Shown here in pieces: positions 49,681-61,000 of a stretch of 64,000 bases of DNA. The notes below the pieces were generated by a model. That model ran no database searches, was not told the DNA's origin, and saw only the letters and a list, made by a program, of their open reading frames with translations. The first letter of the stretch is position 1. Each line of letters begins with the position of its first letter. The translations under genes and the position numbers were made by a program. The stretch is from Convolutriloba macropyga (lineage: Eukaryota), in contig NC_134473.1 of NCBI RefSeq assembly GCF_964194025.1, positions 11,780,001-11,844,000 of the forward strand, given 5' to 3'.

Positions 49681-52314
49681 GTCTGACGCTCCTTTTAGTT
49701 TTACATTTGTTCACACAGCAAAGCTAAAAAAGTCAAACTTTCTGAATTAATTCTTCCTCTGACTTACGGTGTTTGTGCACGTGACGTCATTGCTCATTCT
49801 CTCTCTAGCAAAGGTTTTAACACCATTTGCGTGATTAGCTTTTGGTCAAACGTCACTTACCTCACTCAATAATATGACTTTTGCACTTAATTTTAATTTG
49901 AGTTAGATTTAGCTCAAAGGAACATATATGTGCAGATAAGGTCCCTAGTAAAAGGCTTCAGCGGAATGAATTTTAGCAAGCTTTATTAATTTATCGCTGA
50001 AATTTTTTACCTAGTTGTTTGAGCGGCCTCAATTTTTTTCTGTTTAGATCTGTATCTGTTTCTTTGTCTGTTATACGGCACGCAAGTCTATTCTTTCGCA
50101 GCTTTTCCGGCAATCTGCCGGTTATATTTTTTGGTTTAAATTACTTATGGAAAATTTTTCTGGACATCTTCAAGAATTTTTCGTGTTATTTACTAAATTT
50201 TTTTGGCGTTGGGTTTAATTGAAGTTCAGCAAACGTTCATAGAAAAGTAGAATTTTCACAAACACTTAGCTTTTTGCATCATTTTTCAATTTCTGAAATT
50301 TTTAAACTTTGTTTTCTGTCATCATTTAGACAGCAGAATGGTTATGTATTTTCTCTCATTCTCGATTGCTAAATAATGATCTTTCTTTTTTTCTACAAAT
50401 GCCCGTATTCTACACAGGTGAGCTTTTATCGTTCCAGCACTCCTCTATGGGCTATATTTGTATTCGCTCTGCTTCTATCAGTTTTCTTAAAGTTCATTCC
50501 ATTTTTATTTGCATTTGATCTCATATTCTTTTAACATGATGAGGACCAGATCATTTACTCTAATTACTTTTAATTGTTCTACTCAGCTTTATTGGGGCTT
50601 TAAGTATTTTTGGGAGTTAGATTATTTTCTTTTTTTTATTTTCTTTTTTTTATTTTCTTTTTGTTTCTTTTCATTTTTTCATGATTAATAATTTTTCAAA
50701 AATTTGTATTCAGTTGTCCGTGATATCTTCAACAAAAGAAAAGTTTATTTTGGTTTTTGGCTGGAATGCCGGGACGCTGAAATGGAAAATTAAATGTTTT
50801 AATCAGTTTTTTTCTTTAAAAATTTCACGACACTGTGATCATTATTTGCCTCATTTTTGTGTTCTTTCGGTTGCTAAGTTCTAAGTTTGTAAGTGCAAAA
50901 TCTTAAATTATTTCATGACAAATTTTAGCCTTGTCATCTTATTCGTCTTAGTAGCAATTTTCCATGTCATGAACTTTGGCTTTCTTCAACGCTTGCAGAT
51001 GTGTTTGTGAGAATGCGAAAACCTACGGTATCACGCTTTCACTGTGTTGTTCCTGTTAAAATTAAAGCATATTTGATAAATCGGAGGCCGTTCTGTAAGA
51101 GTTTAAAATGATGTTTTAATTGTTTTTGTAGCTTGTTCTAGTGATGCTCAAAATTTTCATGCCAGGATAACGGTTTTAAAATTTTACCAAAATATCTAAA
51201 CAAGTCATGTGAAGTAAAGAGTAAAGTTTTGAAAACAAAAAAATAATGGTTTCGTCTGCAATTAACGTTGTTATTAGAAAAGGTTCATCACTTCAAGTCG
51301 CTTCCCGAGTTTTTCTGGCTATTTCAATTTCAGTCATATCTCCTGCTACGCAGTTGAATTTGGGTGCGTGACCTCATTTGTTATTTTCGTTGACGCTTGA
51401 TTTTAGATTAATTTTCAAATTTTTTGACTGAAATTACTAAACAGAATGATTTCTGCAATCGCTTTGTGAAATTGAAACTTTGTAAGCAATTTTACTAATC
51501 GAAGATCAAAATAATGCATCTAAAATTTCGAGATTCGGTGTTTTGAACTTGGCATCTCGCACTTCCAATTAAATCAGAGCTTTATTGTTTTATGCATTTT
51601 CCCTGCATCATTTTTCTTATTGCATTTACTCCTCAAATTGAACCCTTTCAAAATTTTGAAAATAACAGTCGTGAAATTTATTATTATTGATCGTTTTTAC
51701 TTTCCAATGAATGTCAAGGAGGTCAATCTGCCGGCCATGTTTTGAAATTGGAGCGGAGAGTCCATTTTTGGAGGTTGTTTTAGTCAGGTTAACATAGTAG
51801 GGACCAAAAACCAACTCGAATTCAAGCTTCTTACGAAAATTCACCACCAAACCTCAACCTTGGATGTATTTTTGACGCCAATTTTTTTTTTGCTAGCAGG
51901 TCTATTTTATACAGTACATACTATTAGCTGGTTTAACTCCACTGCTGTCTGGGATTTTATGAAGAAATTCAGAAACTTTTGGGGTGAGAATGCAGGACTA
52001 AATTCAAACAGATATGCATTTAATGAAAAATTGATAATCAAACGAAACGTAAAACTTATAGTTAATACATAAAAAAAATCGGTAGCATTTTCAAATATCA
52101 CAGATGAACAAACAACAAACAATGACTTTCGTCTTGAAAAAAGTTTCTGTAAAGCACCTATTTGAGAATTAGGATTTCGATGCACAGTAAAACTGCGTGA
52201 GCAACTTTTGTTTATTGTTCCCCTTATCTATATATAAACTTTCATTGCTAATTTTGAAAAAAAAACAAATTAAAATTTTAATGCTCAAGTTTGGTTGACC
52301 ACATTTTTTGTTAG

Positions 52315-52688
52315 AATGGAACCTTTACGTTTAATTAAGTTTGCACCGAGAACAAGAAATGCTACAGCGCTCTCTTATCCGGGACAACCTAAATGAGGCT
52401 CAATTTGTGGCTAAAGAGTGCCTACTTGCCGACATTACAACCCAGGCCAAAAAGTGCAAATATCGCATCTCAAACTTGGACGACGATGTACTCATGGAAG
52501 CCATTCACGATGTGCAACGACGGAGACACAAACTTCATAGGTCGATGGAGATGGGAGAGGGCTGGATGTACATGAATGAAGATCCAGTAGAGACTAAAGA
52601 GTTCGAGAAGTTGATCTGCAGGTTCGCATATTCATTAAAGATGCCGTCTGCTGACAAGCCACCACTGTTGCCACCGTACTGTGACTGA
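52315..52688 (+). CDS. Orphan coding exon B, copy 2 (in-frame TAA at 52332-52334 if the homologous acceptor is used; intact from 52335)
   Basis: TTAG|AATGGA shared with B1; RDNL, RISNLD, EGWMY, EDP, KEF and ADKPPLLPPY are conserved. Confidence 0.72.
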
Positions 52689-53429
52689 CGATTTACACTT
52701 AATAGGCGGATTTGGATCACCCCCCCCCCCTTATAAACCCCACCCCCAAAAAACATACCCTTCCGCTCTAATTGTGTTGTGTGCATTTGTATTTGATTGT
52801 GCGAGAGTGCATGTGTGCGTGTGTTTTTGTGTGTGCGTGTGTGCGTGTATTTCTATGACCTATATGCGTGTTGATTGTGGGGGTGTGTGTTTGAGGCGGG
52901 AGGGGTGATTTATTGGGACAAATCTTTGAAAAAAAAACAAAGCAAAAATAAAAGTTTTAAGAAGTACCTTTCCTCGACATAATGCCACATATCATAAGAA
53001 AAACATGATCTTAACTAGCCATGGAGAATCACCTGAGACAACGAAAACTCACATTGATTATATTTTTACTTGACGAAAGATAAAAGATACGTTGCCGAAG
53101 ATAAAAGCTTTTTTTTGACAGTCCTTTCAAAACTGACCACTTCGGTTAAGCACTGTTTACCAGAGTAAGCGTTGGAAAACCTTACTCCGGAAAACAGAGC
53201 AGCATAGTAAAAAAATTGATAAGAAAAAGTATTATAAAATCTTATTTTGCAAATCATTGCCCCGGTATGGAGCTTTATCAATAATGTTAGGGGGACAAAT
53301 AGGCAAGCTTTTATGTTTACTGTAGTAGAAGATTCCTTCGGTGATATAAATAATGACAACCAAAAATTTGCAGAAGTTGTTAATTTGTATTCGAAAACAT
53401 ATTAAAATTTTTAGGTAAGAGAAAGAAGA

Positions 53430-54700
53430 AAAACCATGTTTTGATGATGGCAAATCATCATTTGATTTTCGGCCATTATCAGAAAATGGTTGTTTTGATA
53501 TCATCAGAGAGCTAAATCCCAACAAGCCCATTGGTCCTTGTAAAGTACCTGCTTGCGCTATCATTGATGGTAAGCAAAAATTAGCACCCTGCACTTGACC
53601 TTCATTATAAATCAATGATTTAGAGACTGGGTTTCTCTGCGATGCTCAACAGAGCTGTCAAAACACCAATCTATAAAAAAATGACATCACTGACGCGGTA
53701 ACCTGTCATGAACAAGCTGGTCCTATCTCGATAGCTACTTCGTTTTCTGAAATGTTTGAAAATGCTTGCTCAACCAAATCAGATAATATAGAGAATAGGA
53801 AGTTACTATCGCTGGTTGCAAAAACAAACCATAAGTTATATTGATTATAGGAAATTACTACCAGCGATTTAGATTTTGACGCATGGTATCAGCACACGAT
53901 TCTCTTCTATTTGTTTAATCAATTCGATATGCAATTGATAGGGGTAATATTGTTGATGCCATTTTGCTCAATTTGTCCGAATTATTTGACTCACTATCAC
54001 ACCAAAACTTATTGAGAAAAATAAAACTTTTTTCAACCTCTGAATTACTGGTAGTAAAATGTTGTCTAACTATTCGCATACAACAGGTTTGTGTCAACTA
54101 AGTTGTGTAAATTTGAATTGAGCTAAAGCAGGGTTTTCCTCTCGGGAACGTATTTAGAGCACTTCTTTTCAAAGCTTTTGAAGTATGCGTAAACATATAG
54201 ATGATACCATGGACAACCACCTATGTTTTTAAACAGAAATGAGAACTTTGGCTGTTGGTATCAAAATCAATGAAAATGTACAAAATAGATTTCCCGCCAC
54301 AGTTTTAATAATACTTTTTCACAAACTTGTCTTTGGTCATTTAGAGTACTCTGCGTTATGTCTCTTTCACATCTGTTCAGCTTCGGTGCTTTCTTTCGAG
54401 CAACAGATGAATTGGGCTTTGCATTGTGTTTTTTTTATTTTTGGTATCAAATGTTCAAATGAACAAAAAACCTAAAAATGCAATCGATAAAAGACTGAAC
54501 GGCCTGAAAAAATAGATCGGCTTGAAAAATTAAAGCCTTTCAACAACAGCTTAAATTCTACGGCGGGCAGCCATAAGCTTATAAGTGCACTAACAAAACA
54601 AACTTTTATGGAATATTCCATCTGTTTTATCCTCTTCTAAATCATTTTTAATCAAGTATCGTTGAAGTGGAACTCGCTACCATTGTACCCGTGAGATACT
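53430..54700 (+). mobile_element. Highly decayed LINE (CR1/L2-like) reverse transcriptase remnant
   Basis: ELNPNKPIGP (cf. LxxxKxxGPD), IDRGNIVDAILLNLSELFDSLSH (cf. LDLSKAFD.V.H), QGFPLGNVFRALLF (cf. GVPQGSVLGPLLF). Confidence 0.72.
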
Positions 54701-55049
54701 AGTGTATGTTTACAAGTTAAGTTTTCAAATGCCATTTGAAAACTTTTTCGACAGCTGAATCAACAGACGTTTCTGTCCAACAAGCTAGCACATGCCGTGG
54801 CTTCCACTCAAAATGACGTGACCAGTTAAACTCAAAAGAAACTATTTGCGCTTCTGCACAAATCATTTGTAATTTTTGTATATCCAGCGAAAGCTGTCCC
54901 TATGGAATAATGTAATGTTCTCTTTCTCTCTCTCCCTAACGGCAAGACAATGATTTTAAATTTCTCAAAGTCTAGATTTTTAATTGTACCTCTGAAAATG
55001 TAATGTGGTTTTAAAAAATTACAATGGTTGACTCTCATTCCCATTGTTC

Positions 55050-56005
55050 TCAGAACTTTATCGTGTAAGATCTGACCAATTTCTTGCAAAACCGTCTTTC
55101 TAATAGCCCTAAACGGGGTGCAACTTCGAGTCTGATCCAATAAGACGTTTGTCAGATCCTACACCATCAAAATTCCTCTCATAAGACCTTACACGATAAA
55201 AATTCAGCTCTACAAAAATGTTTATTGTTGAAAATTTTATGAGAATCTAATAAAATCTTGGAAGATAAACTTTCGGAAAGCTATGACTCATCTTTTTGTT
55301 CAGATCTTATACGATAAAAAATCTTGAAGTATGGCATGTTCTTCAAATTGACGACAAATCAGAGTTGCTTTCAAGCAGTAGCCAAGAAGCTACAGCATGC
55401 AACAAATAAGTGTCAGAACAACAAAGAAAAATATCTTGTATTGTCTTTTGAGAACTATAACATATTTTGAAAAATTTATTTGAGTTTGAGGGACTTTTTC
55501 TATTTTTTTTTAAAGCAGTGATTATCAAAGCAGGCTGAAAGTATTTTTTCACAGCCAAAAAGTATCTTGGACTGCTAAGTTGATACAGAGTACGTAGTTG
55601 AATCTCAGAAAAAAACTGCTGCCAAAAGAGAAACAACTAACATCTCTTTGTTTCATAATGGGTTATTTGAACAATTATTTTATTTTTTTCGTAGGAACTT
55701 GAAAATTTTATACAGCAACATGGAAATCAATAAAACATATCTTATCAGATCTTACACCACAAGAAGCTGCCCTACGTGAGATTCTATTGTTTAAGATCTG
55801 ATAAGATAATTATCAGATGTTATCAGATAACAATTCAGCAAAATTGAATTTTTATCTGATAAGATCTAATAAGTATCTTATCAGATCTTAAACGATTAAA
55901 GTTCACGTAGCGCAGAATTTCTATCGATTAAGACCAGATCAGATCATTTACGATAGAGATTTTTCATCAGCATCTTAGCAGATCTCACTTGATTAGAATC
56001 TGAGA
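55050..56005. repeat. Degenerate repeat rich in TCAGATCTTA(C/T)ACGAT motifs in both orientations (MITE-like)
   Basis: Recurring TCAGATCTTA / TAAGATCTGA units. Confidence 0.55.
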
Positions 56006-56108
56006 ATCACTGTGGAACATAGAAAATATCATCAGTTGTCAATCCCAACTCTATGAATACGTTGCAGTGCAGCTTCGAGCCATTGGGTAATTTTTTGTCA
56101 GAAAGGTA

Positions 56109-56437
56109 CACTCTAAAAGAAGTTCAGGTAAATTTACGATTAGCGTGTTCAGGCAAAGGAAGTGGAAGTTCACCTTAAACACACCTGAACTGTATTTCAG
56201 ATAAAATTTTACCGGAAAAAGTACAGATGTAGTTTCCTGAAAAATCTTTTTTTGCCTTCAGCAATGAGACAACAAAAAATTTTCTTAAAAAAAGCTTAAA
56301 ACATTTTTCAAGTAAATTTTAGTTACGTTTCAGGCAACTTCAGTTGTAGTTCAGGTGGGAACAATTTGCCTAAGCGGGATAATTGGGTAAATTCAGGTGT
56401 TTTTTCAGGTTTTTTTACCTGGACTTTAAATTGAGTG
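56109..56437. mobile_element. CACTC..GAGTG MITE flanked by TA
   Basis: TA|CACTCTAAAA ... TTGAGTG|TA with internal TTCAGGT/ACCTGAA repeats; a relative starts at ~44299. Confidence 0.65.
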
Positions 56438-56505
56438 TAGTTTTAGTCTTCAGTAATCAATTTTCTCATATCGACATCTGTTTTTGAACGCTGATTTCTG
56501 TTTGT

Positions 56506-56835
56506 AATTACTCTCGAACGAAATCTGACGTAATTAGTGTAATAAAGGTGTCGGTCTTTTTTTGCGCAAAAATTTTGCTTGACTGTTGACTTTTAGAGCA
56601 CGTTTTACGCTCCTAACTTCTTCGTTTTACGTTTCTCTCAATCACAAGTGTCAGACTGGCGGCAGTTCACTACTAAAATTCCAATGAGATGCACGCCACA
56701 ATTGGTGTGATTCTCTCACTTTAGATTTTATTAGTGATTATAGTGGCATAAAATAACTTTTAGTGAAGCAGGCTGCAATAGATTGGAGCAACCAAGTTTT
56801 TTTATGAGCAATTCTGCCGATGTTTGTCGGTTAAG
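56506..56835 (+). mobile_element. Diverged HINE-like element
   Basis: AATTACTCTCGAACGAA..TGTCGGTCTTTTTTTGCG; 3' GAGCAATTCTGCCGATGTTTGTCGGTTA. Confidence 0.6.
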
Positions 56836-57485
56836 CTTTAACGGTAGCTTAGTTTCTAATGTGCAGCAAAAAAGAGTTGTTCTTGGTAATACTCGGGGGT
56901 TAAAAGGCTGTTTCGAAAGTCAATTTTCAAATTGAAATTTTGATCAGTTAACTTTACCCTTGACCCCCTCCACCTACCCGTACCACTCCAAATTGAACGC
57001 ACCACCCGCTCCACCAATTAACCCCCAGCCACCAAGTACCTAGCTATCCGAAACCTGAAGTTTGCTCCTGACCTTAATTTTGACTTTTCCGAACTTAACT
57101 TCTTTAAAGGACGTTGACTTCTTTAGCGTATTTCAAATTTATAGTAATTAAGAACAACTGGAAAGGTCAAATTCATTTTGAGAAGTTTTTGTCACATCAA
57201 GAGTCGCTCCTCCCAGCTATACTACGAATAACATCATTTATAACCCCCCGTTCGCTAACTATCTCCTCCCCCCCCCCCCCCCCCCACCTAACTAATAATC
57301 CTTACCTTGCCCGCCCATGTACCTGCCCAATTCACAATCACTTAACCACCCCCTCCAACCCGCCTTTCCCCAATTAACTTTTCTTTGTTTCTATTGTTTT
57401 TTATAAATTCATTTTTAGGTGAACCAAGTGAAGAGTCTATTTTTCTCCACGACTCTTCGAGTCGTTTCCGTTATTCCACAAGCCA

Positions 57486-57766
57486 CCCGTACCTAACTCA
57501 AAAGCAAATTCAGTACTGAATCAGAGTGAAATTCAGAAATTATCAGTACTGATTCAGACTCTGATTCAGGTCACATTTCGCTCTGAATTCCTCTGATTCA
57601 GAGTCTGATACAGACTCTGAATCAGACTCTGATTCAGACTCTGATTTTTGTCTGAATCAGACTCTGATTCAGACTCTGATTTTTCCCTGATTCAGACTCT
57701 GATTCAGACTCTGATTTTTCTCTGATTCAGACTCCGATTCAGACTCTGATCTTCTCTGAATTAGGG
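57486..57766. repeat. CCC..GGG-bounded element filled with 12-bp CTCTGATTCAGA repeats
   Basis: Starts CCCGTACCT (same terminus as the reverse complement of 29504-29512) and ends TTAGGG. Confidence 0.7.
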
Positions 57767-58084
57767 AAAAATCATAACCATGTTCATGAGCCAAGCGAGG
57801 TTTTACCATTGCTTTCGCTCTCAGGTCCTTAAAATATACAAATTCATACAATACCTGTAGAAATTGAAGAAAATTATAAAATAGGTTGTCGGAAATCTCC
57901 TCAAGTCAAGTTAAAGACTGACTTTTTGAGATTTTCCAGTATGTTATGTGTGAAACCCTCCTCCTTTTTCATTCCGGGCTGGGGACCGGCAGTGGCGGAG
58001 TTATTGAAATAAACTCTAGGAAAACTGGTATAGCATGGTAAAAAAAAGCCAAGCTTGAACAATTTTCCAAAACAAAATAATCAA

Positions 58085-61000
58085 AATAATGACAACTTTT
58101 TTTTTCAAATAAACGTATTCTGTCAATTTCTTTTGCAGATTCACAGTTCACATAGCCCTTACAACTGGTTCTAAATCAAAAATACCGGAAATAGCACTAA
58201 ATCACAATACCAATAAAACCTATTTTAAAACTGATTATAGAGAAAATTGCAACTTCTTTAAATAATGACAACTTTTTTTTCAAATAAACGTATTCTGTCC
58301 ATTTCATTTGCAGATTTACAGTTCACATAGCCCATACAACTAGTTCTAAATCAAAAATACAGGAAAATAGCACTAAATCACAATACCAATAAAACCTATT
58401 TTAAAACTGATTATAATTATAGAAAATTGCAACTTCTTTAAGAAATGACAACTTTTTTTCAAATAAACGCATTCGGACCATTTCTTTTGCAGATTCACAG
58501 TTCACATAGTCAATTTAGTTGCTTCTATACCAAAAATCCCGGAAAATTTCATTATTTCACAATAACAATAAAACCTATTTTAAAACTGATTATAGAGAAA
58601 ATTGCAACTTCTTTAAATAATGACAGCTTTTTTTCAAATAAATGCATTCGGACCATTTCTTTTGCAGATTCACAGTTCACATAGTCAATTTAGTTGCTTC
58701 TATACCAAAAATCCCGGAAAATTTCATTATTTCACAATACCAACAAAACCTATTTTAAAACTGATTATAGAGAAAATTGCAACTTCTTTAAATAATGACA
58801 ACTTTTTTTCAAATAAACGTATTCTGGCCATTTATTTTACAGGTTCACAGTTCACATAGACCATTCAGGTGCTTCCATACCAAAAATCCCGAAAAATTGC
58901 ATTATTTCACAATACCAACAAGACCTGAATATAGAGAAAATTGCAACTTCTTTATATAATGTTAACTTTTTTTCAAATAAACACATTCTGACCAAATCTT
59001 CTGCAGATCCACAGTTCAAAATGCCCATAAAACTGGTTCTAGGTCAAAAATACCGGAAAATAGCACTATATCACAATACCAATAAAACCTATTTTAAAAC
59101 TGATTATAATTATAGAGAAAATTGCAACTCTTTAAATAATGACAACTTTTTTTTAAATAAGCACATTCTGACCAAATCTTTTGCAGATTCACAGTTCACA
59201 TAGCCCATACAACTGGTTCTAAACCAAAAACACCGGAAAATAGCACTATATCACAATACCAATAAAACCTATTTTAAAACTGATTATAATTATAGAGAAA
59301 ATTGCAACTCTTTAAATAATGACAACTTTTTTCAAATAGGCACAATCTGACCAAATCTTTTGCAGATTCACAGTTCACATAGCCCATACAACTGTTTCTA
59401 AATGAAAAATACCGGAAAGTAGCACTATATCACAATACCAATAAAACCTATTTTAAAACTGATTATAATTATAGAGAAAATTGCAACTTCTTTAAAAAAT
59501 GACAACTTTTTTTCAAATAGGCACATTCTGACCAAATCTTTTGCAGACTCACAGTTGACATAGCCCATACAACTGGTTCTAAATCACAAATACCGGAAAA
59601 TAGCACTATATCACAATACCAATAAAACCTATTTTAAAACTGATTATAATTATAGAGAGAATTGCAACTGTTTAAATAATGACAACTTTTTTTCAAATAA
59701 GCACATTCTGACCAAATCTTTTGCAGATTCATAATTCACATAGCCCATACAACTGGTTCTAAACCAAAAACACCCGAAAATAGCAATATATCACAATACC
59801 AATAAAACATATTTTAAAATTGATTATATTTATAGAGAAAATTGCAACTTCTTTAAAAATGACAACTTTTTTTTCAAATAGGCACATTCTGACCAAATCT
59901 TTTGCAGACTCACAGTTCACATAGCCCATACAACTGGTTCTAAATCAAAAATACCGGAAAATAGCACTATATCACAATACCAATAAAACCTATTTTAAAA
60001 CTGAGTATAGAGAAAATTGCAACTTCTTTATATAATGTTAACTTTTTTTCAAATAAATACATTCTGACCAAATCTTTTGCAGATTCACAGTTCACATAAC
60101 CCATACAACTGGTTCTAAACCAAAAACACCGGAAAATAGCACTATATCACAATACCAATAAAACCTATTTTAAAACTGATTATAATTATAGAGAAAATTG
60201 CAACTCTTTAAATAATGACAACTTTTTTCAAATAAGCACATTCTGACCAAATCTTTTGCAGATTCATAGTTCACATAGCCCATACAACTGGTTCTTAACC
60301 AAAAACACCGGAAAATAGCACTATATCACAATACCAATAAAACATATTTTAAAATTGATTATAATTATAGAGAAAACTGCAACTTCTTTAAAAATGACAA
60401 CTTTTTTTCAAATAGGCACATTCTGACCAAATCTTTTGCAGCCTCACAGTTCACATAGCCCATACAACTGGTTCTAAACCAAAAATACCAGAAAATAGCA
60501 CTATATCACAATACCAATAAAACCTATTTTAAAACTGATTATAGAGAAAATTGCAACTTCTTTAAATAATGACAGCTTTTTTTCAAATAAACGTATTCTG
60601 TCCATTTCTTTTGCAGATTCACAGTTCACATAGCCCATTCAACTGGTTCTAAACCAAAAATGCCGGAAAAAAGCATTATTTCACAATACCAACAAAACCT
60701 ATTTTAAAACTTATTATAGAGAAAATTGCAACTTCTCTAAATAATGACAACTTTTTTTCAAATAAACGCATTTTGACTATTTTTTTGGCAGATTCACAGT
60801 TCACATACTCCACTCATTTGCTTCTATACCAAAAATACAAGAAAATAGCAATATTTCACAATACTAACAAAACCTATTTTAAAACTGATTATAGAGAAAA
60901 TTGCAACTTCTTTAAATAATGGCAACTTTTTTTCAAATAAACGTATTCTAGTCGTTTCTTTTATAGTTTCACAGTTCACATAGCCCATAAAACTAGTTCT

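Noticed and set aside
57419-57830. Possible exon (TTTTAG|GT GAA CCA AGT GAA..) interrupted by the 12-bp-repeat element
   Set aside because: No paralogue or homology support in the window, and the frame across the insertion is uncertain.
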